DNA from: Dehalococcoidia bacterium
Lineage (GTDB): Bacteria > Chloroflexota > Dehalococcoidia > Lucifugimonadales > UBA1123
Direction of reading: 5' to 3'
Assembly (NCBI GenBank): GCA_965261525.1
Contig: OZ253472.1
Span: 3,596,488 to 3,660,487, forward strand
Length of the DNA: 64,000 bases
This document shows, piece by piece, positions 8,606-17,739 of this stretch; the stretch's first letter is position 1, and the number at the start of each line of letters is the position of its first letter. The notes under the pieces are model-generated. The model was not told the DNA's origin. It saw only the letters and a list, made by a program, of their open reading frames with translations, and did not search any database. A program made the translations under genes and the position numbers.

Positions 8606-9472
8606 ATGACGTACAAGTTCATAGACACACAGGAGTTGGATGGAGTCCTCATTATCACGATGGACGATCCACCTACACGCAACGCCATCGGCGACGAGAT
8701 GGCCGGGGAGATAAATCAGGAATTCGACAGGCTTGAGGCGTCATCGGACCTGCGCGCCGTCGTCCTGACAGGACGTGACCCGTCTTTCTGCTCGGGAGCG
8801 AATGTGAAGCGAATGGACGATGCCAACCGCGCTCGTGCCGAAGAATCTTCGTTGCCCACGGAAAGGACGGCATGGGATGTACTGGATGAGGAGTGGAAGC
8901 GACTGGATGAGTCCGAGCCTCCCGGCTCCGAAGAGATTGACGGGGTTCGATTCGTTCCTCTCAGGCTGCACAGACTCCAAAAGCCGTCAATAGCTGCCGT
9001 GAACGGATATGCGATGGGGCTGGGCATGGGAATCGCCCTGTCCTGCGATATACGGATCGCGTCTGATAAAGCGCGGATGTCGGAGACTTTCATCCGGCGC
9101 GGCCTCATACCCGCCGATGGGTCTTGCTGGCAACTGCCGAGAATGATCGGATTGGGCAATACAATGCTGCTCCAGTACACGGGAAAAGTCATGGACGCGG
9201 AGGAGTGTTCGCGGTTGGGAATCGTCAACGAGGTCGTCGAACACGCCGACCTGATGGAGCGCACGCTGGATTTGGCGCGACAGATAGCGGGCGGGCCAAC
9301 TTACTCGATGGCCCTGATAAAGAGACTTGTGCAGGAATCGCTGTACGTTGACTTCGCCGAAAGCCTTCGACTCGCGGGCCCGGCGCAGAGCTTAGCGCGC
9401 CGCACTCAAGACCATAAGGAAGGCGTCCGCGCGTTTGTCGAGAAGAGGCAGCCGAAATACCAGGGACGGTGA
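8606..9472 (+). CDS. Enoyl-CoA hydratase/isomerase (crotonase) family protein
   Basis: RNAIGDEM...VVLTGRDPSFCSGANV...AAVNGYAMGLGMGIALSCDIRIAS...HKEGVRAFVEKRQPKY. Confidence 0.85.
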   Translation: MTYKFIDTQELDGVLIITMDDPPTRNAIGDEMAGEINQEFDRLEASSDLRAVVLTGRDPSFCSGANVKRMDDANRARAEESSLPTERTAWDVLDEEWKRLDESEPPGSEEIDGVRFVPLRLHRLQKPSIAAVNGYAMGLGMGIALSCDIRIASDKARMSETFIRRGLIPADGSCWQLPRMIGLGNTMLLQYTGKVMDAEECSRLGIVNEVVEHADLMERTLDLARQIAGGPTYSMALIKRLVQESLYVDFAESLRLAGPAQSLARRTQDHKEGVRAFVEKRQPKYQGR

Positions 9473-9496
9473 TCGCTGACGCGTCGTATCGGATGG

Positions 9497-10006
9497 GTGA
9501 CGATGGATTGGTCCGGCGCTTTGACCGCCGCCGATTGTAGTTTCGCGCTATTCTCCGGCGACCGCAGGTACCGCTATCTGCTAAGACGTCGGGTTTCCGA
9601 GTCGCGCAAGCGAATTCTGTTCATTATGCTCAACCCTTCCAGAGCGGACGAGAAACGAAATGACCCCACCATACGCAGGTGCATCGGTTTCGCGCGTGAC
9701 TGGGGATTTGGATTGCTGGATGTCGTGAACCTATTCGCGTTGGCGTCCACAGACCCCTTGGTACTGCTGAATGTTGAGGACCCCGTTGGCAAGGACAACG
9801 ACGCGGCCATCTGTGCCGCGCTGGAAGTCGCCGACATGACCGTGCTGGCATGGGGCAATCATGGACTCAACCATGAGAAGAGAGCGGTGGAAGTGACCGC
9901 GATGGCTCGCGGAACCTCGCAGTCTTACTGCCTTGGTTTGACCATGAAAGGCGCGCCAAAGCACCCGTTGCGTCTCGCCAGGAGTACAACCCTCAGGCGA
10001 TACTGA
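9497..10006 (+). CDS. DUF1643 domain protein
   Basis: YRYLLRR...ILFIMLNPSRADEKRNDPTIRRCIGFARDWGFG...AWGNHG is the DUF1643 signature. Confidence 0.7.
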   Translation: MTMDWSGALTAADCSFALFSGDRRYRYLLRRRVSESRKRILFIMLNPSRADEKRNDPTIRRCIGFARDWGFGLLDVVNLFALASTDPLVLLNVEDPVGKDNDAAICAALEVADMTVLAWGNHGLNHEKRAVEVTAMARGTSQSYCLGLTMKGAPKHPLRLARSTTLRRY

Positions 10007-10133
10007 ACCATTTCAAGTGAAAGCATTAAATAAGGAAAGCCGCCAGAGGGCGCCATACTGTCGCTTGGCCAAGAGATATTGCCGGAATATGTACGAGCTA
10101 GCCGGATTAGCGGGGTCTTTTCGTTTTCGTCTC

Positions 10134-10184
10134 GTCATTTCCGCGAATGCGGGAACCCCGAAGGGCTCGCCGCTCGGCAATCCA
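10134..10184 (+). repeat. REP-like hairpin element
   Basis: GTCATTTCCGCGAATGCGGGAACCCCGAAGGGCTCGCCGCTCGGCAATCCA. Same family as 4413..4463 and 18072..18122. Confidence 0.8.
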
Positions 10185-10242
10185 TCTCTCCGGTATGAGC
10201 GAATGTAGTTGTAACGTCAATCCTGAGACGGGAGATAAGACA

Positions 10243-10369
10243 CTTAGAGACTATCTCAAAACTCTTCGCTCAAGCGGATGGCAGGAGGACACAATCTCCC
10301 TCTCCCTCAAGGGAGAGGGCTGGGGTGAGGGTGAAATTCCTTAAGGTCGGGTTTTGAGATAGTTACTTA
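10243..10369 (+). mobile_element. ~125-bp MITE (family A2) sharing the A1 palindromic core
   Basis: Near-identical to 14959..15086. Inverted ends are GAGACTATCTCAAAAC / GTTTTGAGATAGTTA, and CTTA is present on both sides of both copies. A lone end fragment abuts the IS1380 at 5141..5169. Confidence 0.75.
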
Positions 10370-10463
10370 ATGTTGTCCCAAACAGGATAATGAAAAGACC
10401 CTGGCCGGATTAGGAAGCCTTGACACTGAAAAGGCGCAAAGCCTAACATATATGTTACCGGGT

Positions 10464-10540
<77 letters not shown>

Positions 10541-10554
10541 TGCGCTCGCTTCGA

Positions 10555-10629
10555 GCGGGAGTAGCTCAGTGGTAGAGCACTTCCTTGCCAAGGAAGATGT
10601 CGGGGGTTCGAATCCCCTCTCCCGCTCCA
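10555..10629 (+). tRNA. tRNA-Gly (anticodon GCC), CCA encoded
   Basis: GCGGGAGTAGCTCAGTGGTAGAGC...TTGCCAA...GGGGGTTCGAATCCCCTCTCCCGCTCCA. Confidence 0.9.
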
Positions 10630-10670
10630 GTCTCTCAGCCGCTGGCTGATTGACTCCCCCACAGGCCAAC

Positions 10671-11522
10671 TCAGGCGGTGCGCTTGTTCTCAAGTACTCC
10701 GGCGACACCCTTGGTGTAAGCGAGCGCCAGCATGAAGAATCCGGTTGCTACCAATGCCATCGCCGGCCCCGACGGCAGGTTGTAATGAAATGACAGGTAC
10801 AGCCCCACAATCGCGGATGTAGCCCCAATTGCCGCGCCGAGCGCCATGGACTGGGTGAAGTTTCTCACCAAAAGCTGGGCGGTTGCCGCCGGTGTAATCA
10901 GCATCGAGATGACCAGCACTATGCCCACTGCTTGAAGGGCTATCACTATGACCAGGGCCAACAGTACCAGAAGAGTGTAGTCCAGAACCTGCGTGGGTAT
11001 TCCGATTACGGACGCGCCTGTCGGATCGAAGCTGGCGAATACAAACTCCTTGTGCAGTGCCCATAGCAGTATCAGGACGCCCGCCGCAAGACCAAGAGTT
11101 ATCAGCACGTCGCCCCCGGAAGTGCCCAGCACTTGTCCAAGAAGTACATCCTCGACATTCACGGGCAGCCCCCCGGCTGTTGTTAGCATTACCAGACCCA
11201 GGGCGAAGAGTCCGGCGAACAGGATTCCGATGGAAGTATCCTCGCTCACTCCCGCCCGCATTGTCATGTAGCCTATGAGAAGCGCGATAGCGACTGCGCC
11301 GGGAATTATGCCGATGAAGGGACTGAGTCCTAGCATGAACGCGAGCGCCATTCCAGGAAGCGCCGCGTGCGCTAGCGCGTCGCCCATGAAGCCCAGACCC
11401 CTTGTAACTACGTACGCGCCTACCGCGGGGCACATTATGCCCACCGTTACGGACACTATCAGCGCCCTTACCATGAAACTGTATTCGAATGGAGTGAAAA
11501 AGGCCTCAGTGATGATGTCCAT
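10671..11522 (-). CDS. znuB: Metal (Zn/Mn) ABC transporter permease
   Basis: The start is trimmed to MDIITEAFF..., overlapping the ATPase stop. The polytopic sequence is typical of ZnuB/TroCD-type permeases. Confidence 0.8.
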   Translation of the reverse strand: MDIITEAFFTPFEYSFMVRALIVSVTVGIMCPAVGAYVVTRGLGFMGDALAHAALPGMALAFMLGLSPFIGIIPGAVAIALLIGYMTMRAGVSEDTSIGILFAGLFALGLVMLTTAGGLPVNVEDVLLGQVLGTSGGDVLITLGLAAGVLILLWALHKEFVFASFDPTGASVIGIPTQVLDYTLLVLLALVIVIALQAVGIVLVISMLITPAATAQLLVRNFTQSMALGAAIGATSAIVGLYLSFHYNLPSGPAMALVATGFFMLALAYTKGVAGVLENKRTA

Positions 11523-12285
11523 CCGGGGGCCCTCCATGAATCGGTGCCGCGCCGTATGGCCCGTACAGCTCTTCCAATACCTTAGGCGTAAGAACGTCCC
11601 GCGGCGCTCCGCAGGCGCATACGTGGTTGTTGATGCACAGACACTCGTCGCAGTAGTGGGCCACATGGTCAATGTCGTGAGAGGACAGCAGGATAGTCCG
11701 GCCTTCGTCTCGGAGTTGATGCAGCACGTTTACGAGAGATTCCTGCGAGGCTATGTCAACCCCACTGAACACCTCGTCAAGAAGCAGGACATCGGCGCCC
11801 TGCGCCAGCGCGCGCGCTACGAAGACTCGCTGGCGCTGGCCGCCGGACAATTCGCTGACAAGTGAGGAGCGCAGCTCCCACATTCTCACCTGCTCGAGCG
11901 CTTGACGCGCCGCCTCGCGGTCCGAGCGTCCGGGACGGCGAAACCACCCGATCCTGCGGGTTCTACCCATCATAACCACGTCTTCCGCTCTCATCGGCAT
12001 TCGCGCGTTGATCTTCTCGTACTGCGGAACGTAGGCGATGACCCCCCGAGAATCGTCAATGCCCTTGCCGTGAATGAGAATCCTGCCTTCATTGACAGGA
12101 ATCAGCCCCACCAGCGCGTTGAATAGAGTGCTCTTCCCCGCGCCGTTTGGACCGACAACCCCCATCAGGCAGCCGGGACCCGCGCTGAAGGTAACGCTGT
12201 CCAGAATCGTAACGCTGCCGAACTTTACAGTTACGTTTTCTGCCGACAGCGGTGGATTATCGGGATCGGGTGACGCGACTGTCAT
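11506..12285 (-). CDS. znuC: Metal ABC transporter ATP-binding protein
   Basis: Walker A GPNGAGKST, signature LSGGQRQR, Walker B LLLDE. The C-terminal His run is DGHHH. Confidence 0.85.
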   Translation of the reverse strand: MTVASPDPDNPPLSAENVTVKFGSVTILDSVTFSAGPGCLMGVVGPNGAGKSTLFNALVGLIPVNEGRILIHGKGIDDSRGVIAYVPQYEKINARMPMRAEDVVMMGRTRRIGWFRRPGRSDREAARQALEQVRMWELRSSLVSELSGGQRQRVFVARALAQGADVLLLDEVFSGVDIASQESLVNVLHQLRDEGRTILLSSHDIDHVAHYCDECLCINNHVCACGAPRDVLTPKVLEELYGPYGAAPIHGGPPDGHHH

Positions 12286-13367
12286 TTCAGAGCCTCCACG
12301 ATTGTGTTGACGTTGAATCTCATCATCTCTGCATAGGTCCCTGCCTCGCCTCCTGGTTCTCCTAGCGAACCCGTGTACAGCGAGCCGACGACGGCGGCGC
12401 CTGTCTCTTCCGCGATCCGCTGAGCGAGTCGGTCCGAATGGACGTTTTCTCCGAAGACCACGCGCGCTCCTTCGTGTTCTATCGTCTTTACCAGAGCCGC
12501 CAGATCCTGAGCGGTAGGCTCGGCTTCGGTTGTTGTCGGGAAGATAGCGCCAACTACCTCAAAGTCGTAACGTGTCGCGAAGTACTGGAAACTGTCGTGA
12601 GATGTTACCAAAATCCTGTTCTCTTTGGGAATTGCTTTAACCCGCTCCTGAACCCACGAATGCAGTTCGCCCAGCTCGCGTATGTAAGAATCCGCGTTGC
12701 TGGTATAGTACTCCGCGCCTTCGGGATCGAGCGTCGAGAGGCGGGCCGCGATCTCGTTGACCGCGCTCTGTACCCTCAGCGGGTCGAACCAGAAATGAGG
12801 GTCGAGCGAGCCGTGTTCCTGGTCATCTTCCTCTTCCCCGTCGCTGTCGCCGTCCTCCTCGTGGTCATCTTCGCCGAAAATACCAGCGAACTCTATCGGT
12901 TCGGCCAACTCACCCAGTGACACGATGGACTCGTGATCCCGGGCGGCGTTCTCGATAAGCTCGTCGAGCCAGCCCCCCTCGAGCGAAAGGCCAACGCTGA
13001 GTATAAGATCGGCGTCTGCGACCCTGGCTACATCCCTGGCCCCTGGCTGGAATGTGTGCGGGTCGGCGTCGGGAGGTAGAAGGGAGAAGAGACTCACCCT
13101 TTCGCCGCCGACCCGCCTGACCCAGTCACCGACGATGTTGCTGGTGCTAACGACACTCAGCGCTGGCGTGTCAGTGGTCTGGGATGGGGGAGAAATCTGG
13201 GATTTGGCCGTAGCCGTCGCGGGCTGAGACGCGGGCTGAGGAACGGCTGTCGGCGCGGCTGAAGTCGGTGGCGGAGCGCTATCCTCCGCGTCTTCTCCGC
13301 ACGCGCCCGCAATCACCGCTGCGCTCAGCATGGCGATTAGTATAAGCGTGATGAACCTTGAGATCAT
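12282..13367 (-). CDS. znuA: Metal ABC transporter substrate-binding lipoprotein (ZnuA/TroA type)
   Basis: Signal peptide with a Cys (AGACGE). The acidic/His loop DDHEEDGDSDGEEEDDQEHGSLDPHFW is characteristic of ZnuA. Confidence 0.8.
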   Translation of the reverse strand: MISRFITLILIAMLSAAVIAGACGEDAEDSAPPPTSAAPTAVPQPASQPATATAKSQISPPSQTTDTPALSVVSTSNIVGDWVRRVGGERVSLFSLLPPDADPHTFQPGARDVARVADADLILSVGLSLEGGWLDELIENAARDHESIVSLGELAEPIEFAGIFGEDDHEEDGDSDGEEEDDQEHGSLDPHFWFDPLRVQSAVNEIAARLSTLDPEGAEYYTSNADSYIRELGELHSWVQERVKAIPKENRILVTSHDSFQYFATRYDFEVVGAIFPTTTEAEPTAQDLAALVKTIEHEGARVVFGENVHSDRLAQRIAEETGAAVVGSLYTGSLGEPGGEAGTYAEMMRFNVNTIVEALK

Positions 13368-13450
13368 GTTTGCTTCCCCGTAGTAGTAATGGTAGTCAAT
13401 ATCAATACCGACTCTGATCTACCTGTTTGACGGTATCATCTGGAAAATTA

Positions 13451-13467
13451 CTGATATTGAGTATCAG
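13451..13467. promoter_or_regulatory. Candidate metal-regulator operator palindrome
   Basis: CTGATA-TTGAG-TATCAG (a 6-5-6 inverted repeat) lies in the AT-rich divergent region between znuA and the His-rich ORF/CDF gene. No regulator gene is in the window. Confidence 0.3.
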
Positions 13468-13628
13468 AAAATTGACCATATTATATCTTATTTCGCGCTG
13501 TCTTAATTGTCAAGTGCTGGTTTCGGGCGTCGAATTCTGGATATTGTCATTTGATGTATGATGTATTACACCGGAGTTGGTTTCCACTGGGAAATCACCC
13601 GCTCAAAGTTATAAGATGGAGGTAAGAT

Positions 13629-13871
13629 ATGCCGCACGACAGCCACGAATGCGACGAACACGAACACCACGCTCACGAGCATGACTCCCACGAATGCGAC
13701 GAGCATGAGCGCCACGCCCATGACCATCAGGCTCACGAGTGCGATGATCATGAACATCATGGCGACGAGCCGGGGCATGTCCACGACTCCCACGAGTGTG
13801 ACGACCATGAGCGCCATGCCCATGTCCACGATTCCCACGAGTGTGACGACCACGAGCGCCACGACCACTAA
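13629..13871 (+). CDS. 80-aa His/Cys/Asp/Glu repeat protein (putative metal-binding)
   Basis: GGAGG lies 8 nt upstream of the ATG. There are five HECD(E/D)HE(H/R)H units, and the protein is made almost entirely of H, D, E and C. It sits between the znu operon and the CDF exporter. Confidence 0.65.
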   Translation: MPHDSHECDEHEHHAHEHDSHECDEHERHAHDHQAHECDDHEHHGDEPGHVHDSHECDDHERHAHVHDSHECDDHERHDH

Positions 13872-13949
13872 GAATCCCTCGCCCAGTTAGCCTCGCCGCT
13901 GACGGGGCGAACTTCGATCATCAGCCCCTTTAGCTGCCCTGGGAATGCT

Positions 13950-14963
13950 ATGACCCAACACAGCCACGACGACCACGGTCACGGAGGGCATGACGACCAT
14001 GATGACCACGCTGGACACGACGACCACGACCACAGCGGCCACGCCCACGACTTCAGGGAGGCAAGCCGCCGCAGCCTGATAGTATCCCTGGTTCTGATTA
14101 GCGGATATATGGTCGCCGAGATTGTGGGCGGTGTCCTGTCCGGCAGCCTCGCTCTCATAGCCGACGCCGGCCATATGCTCACCGACGCTGCTGCCATAGC
14201 GCTGGCCCTATTCGCGATGTGGCTGTCGAGCCGCGGCTCTTCCACCACTCGAACCTGGGGCTTTCACAGAACCGAAGTGCTCGCCGCGATGATAAACGCG
14301 CTCGCCCTCTGGCTCATTGCCGCCTGGATAGTATTCGAAGCGGTCGAGCGCTTCTCAATGCATCACACACTCGAGATCGAGGGCGGCCTCATGATGGCGG
14401 TCGGAATCGGCGGCCTGATAGTCAACATCATCGCCGCTTGGATACTTCACGCATCCTCAGAGCACAGCATGAACGTCGAAGGCGCGTTCCAGCACGTTCT
14501 GGCAGACTTGTTGGGCTCCATAGGCGTCATCGTGTCCGGCATACTCGTCCTGGCCTTTGGATGGACGATTGCCGACCCGATAATCAGCGTCATAATTGCC
14601 GTACTTATCGTGCTTGGCTCATGGCGGCTGGTGGCGCAGGTAGTCCACGTACTGCTCGAAGGCACTCCTGAGCGCATAAATATATACCGGCTCTGCTATG
14701 AAATGGGAGAGGTCCAGGGCGTGACCGTTATCCACGACGTCCACTGTTCCACGATAACCTCCGGCTATGAGGCGCTCACCGCCCATGTGCTGATTGACTC
14801 GGAACACCAAAGCGACCTCGATCCGATTCTCCGAGAGTTGCGCCGTATAGCGACAGAAGACTTCGGCATCGCCCATGTCACAATCCAAGTGGAGCAGTCT
14901 GTCGAGGGTTGCACTGAGGAACACCACTTGGACGATCTGCTCCACGAGGCGCGTCCGACTTAG
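13950..14963 (+). CDS. czcD: Cation diffusion facilitator (CzcD/ZitB-type) efflux protein
   Basis: His-rich N-terminus (HSHDDHGHGGHDDHDDHAGHDDHDHSGHAHD), six TM helices with the HxxxD pair (HMLTD, HVLAD), and a C-terminal cytoplasmic domain. Confidence 0.85.
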   Translation: MTQHSHDDHGHGGHDDHDDHAGHDDHDHSGHAHDFREASRRSLIVSLVLISGYMVAEIVGGVLSGSLALIADAGHMLTDAAAIALALFAMWLSSRGSSTTRTWGFHRTEVLAAMINALALWLIAAWIVFEAVERFSMHHTLEIEGGLMMAVGIGGLIVNIIAAWILHASSEHSMNVEGAFQHVLADLLGSIGVIVSGILVLAFGWTIADPIISVIIAVLIVLGSWRLVAQVVHVLLEGTPERINIYRLCYEMGEVQGVTVIHDVHCSTITSGYEALTAHVLIDSEHQSDLDPILRELRRIATEDFGIAHVTIQVEQSVEGCTEEHHLDDLLHEARPT

Positions 14964-15086
14964 AGACTATCTCAAAACTCTTCGCTCAAGCGGATGGCAG
15001 GAGGACACAATCTCCCTCAAGGGAGAGGGAGAGGGCTGGGGTGAGGGTGAAATTCCTTAAGGTCGGGTTTTTGAGATAGTTACTTA
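14959..15086 (+). mobile_element. MITE family A2, second copy
   Basis: Same element as 10243..10369, with a small indel in the central palindrome. It abuts the czcD stop codon. Confidence 0.75.
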
Positions 15087-15134
15087 GTTAGCGGTGGCGC
15101 TAGGTGGCGATAGACTGCTAGACAGATGGGCCGC

Positions 15135-15338
15135 CTATCCGCCTCCCACCGCCCGCACTATTTCAAGCTGGTCCCCGTCCCTGAGCGTGATTCCTCCCAG
15201 TTCCGTTCGCCGAACCACCTCTCCATTGTGCGCCACCGCGATCGCCTTCTGCGTAACGCCTATCTCCGCCAGGTAGCGCTCTATGGACACCGGGCCGCTC
15301 GTCTCTCGTGGCTTGCCGTTCACCGTAAGAGTTATCAT
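15135..15338 (-). CDS. thiS: Sulfur-carrier protein ThiS
   Basis: 67 aa ending ...VRAVGGG (C-terminal GG). GGAG lies upstream of the ATG at 15338. Confidence 0.85.
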   Translation of the reverse strand: MITLTVNGKPRETSGPVSIERYLAEIGVTQKAIAVAHNGEVVRRTELGGITLRDGDQLEIVRAVGGG

Positions 15339-15991
15339 CTTATCCACTCCCCAGGATTGGAGTACGCCTGCCTCATAGTCTCCGACAGCCCCGAAGACGC
15401 CGCCTTTGGGTCCGAGGCCATTGATATAGCCGTGATGACCGCCGCCCCCGCCGCGCCCGCCTCCACAAGCCCGGCGACGTTGGACTCCGATATGCCCCCT
15501 ATGCCAATGACCGGAATTCCGACCCGGTTGGTCACATCCCTCACAAGCTCCAGACCGCCCGTGTCCGCTCCGGGGTGCGAAGCCGTCTCGAATATCGTGC
15601 CAAGCACAAGGAAATCCGCGCCGTCCGACTCTGCCGCCTCAGCCCCCTTCACCGAGTGAACCGAACGACCAATGAGCGTATCGGGGCCGACCAGCCTGCG
15701 CGCCGACACCGCGTCCAGCGCGTTCTCGCCCAGTTGAACCCCGTCCGCTCCGCTGAGCAGAGCGATGTCCACCCTGTCGTTCACTACCAGCATCGCACGC
15801 CCATCCGTTACGCTTCGCAGTTCGCGCGCCAGCGCCAGCAGTTCTCCGGCGAGACAATCCTTCTCCCGAATCTGAACCATCCCCACGCCTCCGTCCACCG
15901 CCGCGCGCGCCATATCCACCAGACCCCCCGAAGCAACGCGCTCCCTGTCCGTAACCAGGCACAGGCAGGGCAGGGCTAGTTTCGGCTTCAT
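15335..15991 (-). CDS. thiE: Thiamine-phosphate synthase
   Basis: Trimmed to MKPKLALPCLCLVTDRE... and contains VQIREKD, LVVNDRVDIA, GADGVQLG and GGI motifs. Confidence 0.85.
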   Translation of the reverse strand: MKPKLALPCLCLVTDRERVASGGLVDMARAAVDGGVGMVQIREKDCLAGELLALARELRSVTDGRAMLVVNDRVDIALLSGADGVQLGENALDAVSARRLVGPDTLIGRSVHSVKGAEAAESDGADFLVLGTIFETASHPGADTGGLELVRDVTNRVGIPVIGIGGISESNVAGLVEAGAAGAAVITAISMASDPKAASSGLSETMRQAYSNPGEWIR

Positions 15992-15995
15992 AGGG

Positions 15996-16781
15996 CTACG
16001 CGGTCGCCGCGGCGGCGACCCCTTCCACCGGGCTGGACGGCACGCCCGTCTCCCTGCGCGCAATGCGTCCCGCCTGGTACGCCATCCGGCCCGCCTGGAC
16101 ACCCAGCTTGAATGCCTCTCCCATGCCCGCCGGATCCTCTGCCTGTGCTATCGCCGTGTTCACCAGAACCGCGTCCGCGCCCGCTTCCAGCGCCACTGAG
16201 GCGTCGGACGGGACCGCCAGACCCGCGTCCACCACTACCGGCACGTTAGACTGCCTGATGATCAGCCTTATCTCGTCAATCGTTTGCACCCCTTGGCCCG
16301 AACCTATCGCCGAACCCAGCGGCATCACCGTCGCGCAGCCCAGATCCTCCAAGTCTTTGGCCAGAACGGGATCAGCGTGGATGTAGGGCAGAACCACGAA
16401 GCCTTCCTCGATAAGCCGCTTCGCCGCGTCGTATGTTCCGCGAGGGTCGGGCAGAAGGTACTCGGGATACGGAATCACTTCCAGCTTTATCCAGTCCGTC
16501 CCCGTCACCTCGCGCGCCAGCCGCGCTGTGAAGATGGCTTCCTCCGCAGTCTTGCATCCGGCGGTGTTCGGCAGAATTGTGTACTCGTCCCAGTCGAAGT
16601 AGTCCAGAATGTTCTTCTCTTCCAGGTTGTCCAGATCCAGCCTGCGAACCGCCACCGTGATTATCTCCGCCCCGGATGCCCTGACCGAATCCACCATCTC
16701 CTCGTTCGTCCGGTGTCTTCCTGTGCCGACCATCAGGCGTGAATCGAACTCCTTGCCCGCTATCACCAACTTGTCGTCCAT
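15996..16781 (-). CDS. thiG: Thiazole synthase
   Basis: MDDKLVIAGKEFDSRLMVGTG...LPNTAGC...IKLEVI...VMPLGSAIGSGQG. GGAGGA precedes the ATG at 16781. Confidence 0.9.
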   Translation of the reverse strand: MDDKLVIAGKEFDSRLMVGTGRHRTNEEMVDSVRASGAEIITVAVRRLDLDNLEEKNILDYFDWDEYTILPNTAGCKTAEEAIFTARLAREVTGTDWIKLEVIPYPEYLLPDPRGTYDAAKRLIEEGFVVLPYIHADPVLAKDLEDLGCATVMPLGSAIGSGQGVQTIDEIRLIIRQSNVPVVVDAGLAVPSDASVALEAGADAVLVNTAIAQAEDPAGMGEAFKLGVQAGRMAYQAGRIARRETGVPSSPVEGVAAAATA

Positions 16782-16793
16782 TGTTTCCTCCAT

Positions 16794-16831
16794 CAAACGC
16801 AAAACACCGCTGGTTGACATGCCAGCGGTGT
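16794..16831 (-). terminator. Intrinsic terminator (probable expression platform of the TPP riboswitch)
   Basis: The minus strand reads ACACCGCTGG-CATGTCAA-CCAGCGGTGT followed by TTTGCGTTT, between the aptamer and the thiG RBS. Confidence 0.6.
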
Positions 16832-16851
16832 ATCATAGCCTTATATAATGT

Positions 16852-16948
16852 CCCTGCGCTGGCATTACCCAGATCAGGTGATCGCGGTCGGCGGCGATGT
16901 TCGGCATCCGCCCTCTCAGCCCGGTTTCCCCAAGCTCCCGCTACCCAT
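16852..16948 (-). promoter_or_regulatory. TPP (THI-box) riboswitch aptamer
   Basis: The minus strand reads ...GGGGAAACCGGGCTGAGAGGGCGG...CGCGATCACCTGATCTGGGTAATGCCAGCGCAGGGA. It has the conserved CUGAGA and ACCUGAUCUGGGUAAUGCCAGCG blocks, upstream of thiG. Confidence 0.85.
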
Positions 16949-17070
16949 CTGTCCCGTTCAGAATAGACCACGCCCCCCTAAAAGTCAATCGAATCGAATC
17001 GGCATTCAGCGTCTTTTCAAAGTCGGTATAAAAGATACATCTCCAGCATCTTCCAGTGGGCCAGATTGGG

Positions 17071-17350
17071 GCAGTTTGATATATCTTGGTTTATATATAC
17101 GCTGGAGGGCACTGATTTTTGAACAGGGACTGCGCTGGGTGAACGCTGGGCACAATCACCCAGCGTTTTTCCCACAACCCCATCTGCATCTGACCTGTAT
17201 CCACTTGCATCAGCTTTGGGAGAGAGAATTTTCTTCGGGTAAGCGATTTCTCATTGATAACCGATAGTTTATAGTTATTAGTCAGTAATCTCGTAGTCTT
17301 TAGTTAGTGGCTGTTGGTTTTCGCAGGTGTATTGTAGCACAGTGGGCAGG
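17071..17350 (+). repeat. Family C scaffold, diverged copy (no MITE ends)
   Basis: Shares with 4556..4850, in the same order, the blocks GATATAT-N-GGTTTATAT, three phased 7-mers (TCTGCAT/CCTGTAT/CTTGCAT at 17183, 17194, 17204), AGCTTTGGG, TTTATAGTT and ATTGTAGCAC. Confidence 0.6.
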
Positions 17351-17442
17351 TGTGCATGTAGTTATTCAGGAAACCATGCCAACTTTGAAAAGGCCCTGGC
17401 ATTGGCATTGATATTGTGTGAACTGACGTTTACAGTGTAGCT

Positions 17443-17736
17443 ATGATTGAGGTCATCCAGAGTTTGACATTCAGACGCTGGGTTCGGAGTCTGAGGGATC
17501 GCCGCGCCGTCGCCCGCATCAACGCGCGTATGAGAAACGCTTCGCTAGGCAATCTGGGCGATACAAGGTCGGTTGGTCATGGCCTATTCGAGATGCGCAT
17601 TCACTATGGCCCGGGATACAGGCTCTATTTTATACGGGACGGTCAGACAGTCATCGTGTTGCTCTGTGGCGGAGACAAGGACAGTCAGCCGCGCGACGTA
17701 GCGCGCGCCAGGCAGTTGGCGCGGGAATGGAGGTAA
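17443..17736 (+). CDS. RelE/ParE-superfamily toxin ('addiction module killer', HigB-like)
   Basis: FRRWVRSLRD..AVARINARM...GNLGD...VGHGLFEMRIHYGPGYRLYF...VIVLLCGGDK. Confidence 0.8.
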   Translation: MIEVIQSLTFRRWVRSLRDRRAVARINARMRNASLGNLGDTRSVGHGLFEMRIHYGPGYRLYFIRDGQTVIVLLCGGDKDSQPRDVARARQLAREWR

Positions 17737-17739
17737 GCG

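Noticed and set aside
10671-11672. Long N-terminal extensions of the permease (333 aa) and of thiE (255 aa, 15335..16102).
   Set aside because: The extensions are Arg-rich overlaps with the upstream genes. Family-typical sequence and operon spacing support the internal Met starts at 11522 and 15991.
13566-13890. Alternative-frame ORFs over the His-rich gene: a 100-aa hydrophobic minus-strand ORF and a 69-aa plus-strand ORF.
   Set aside because: Only the 13629 frame has a GGAGG site and a coherent repeat structure. The minus-strand ORF is the expected Val/Met-rich complement of a His/Asp-rich frame. This cannot be fully excluded without expression data.
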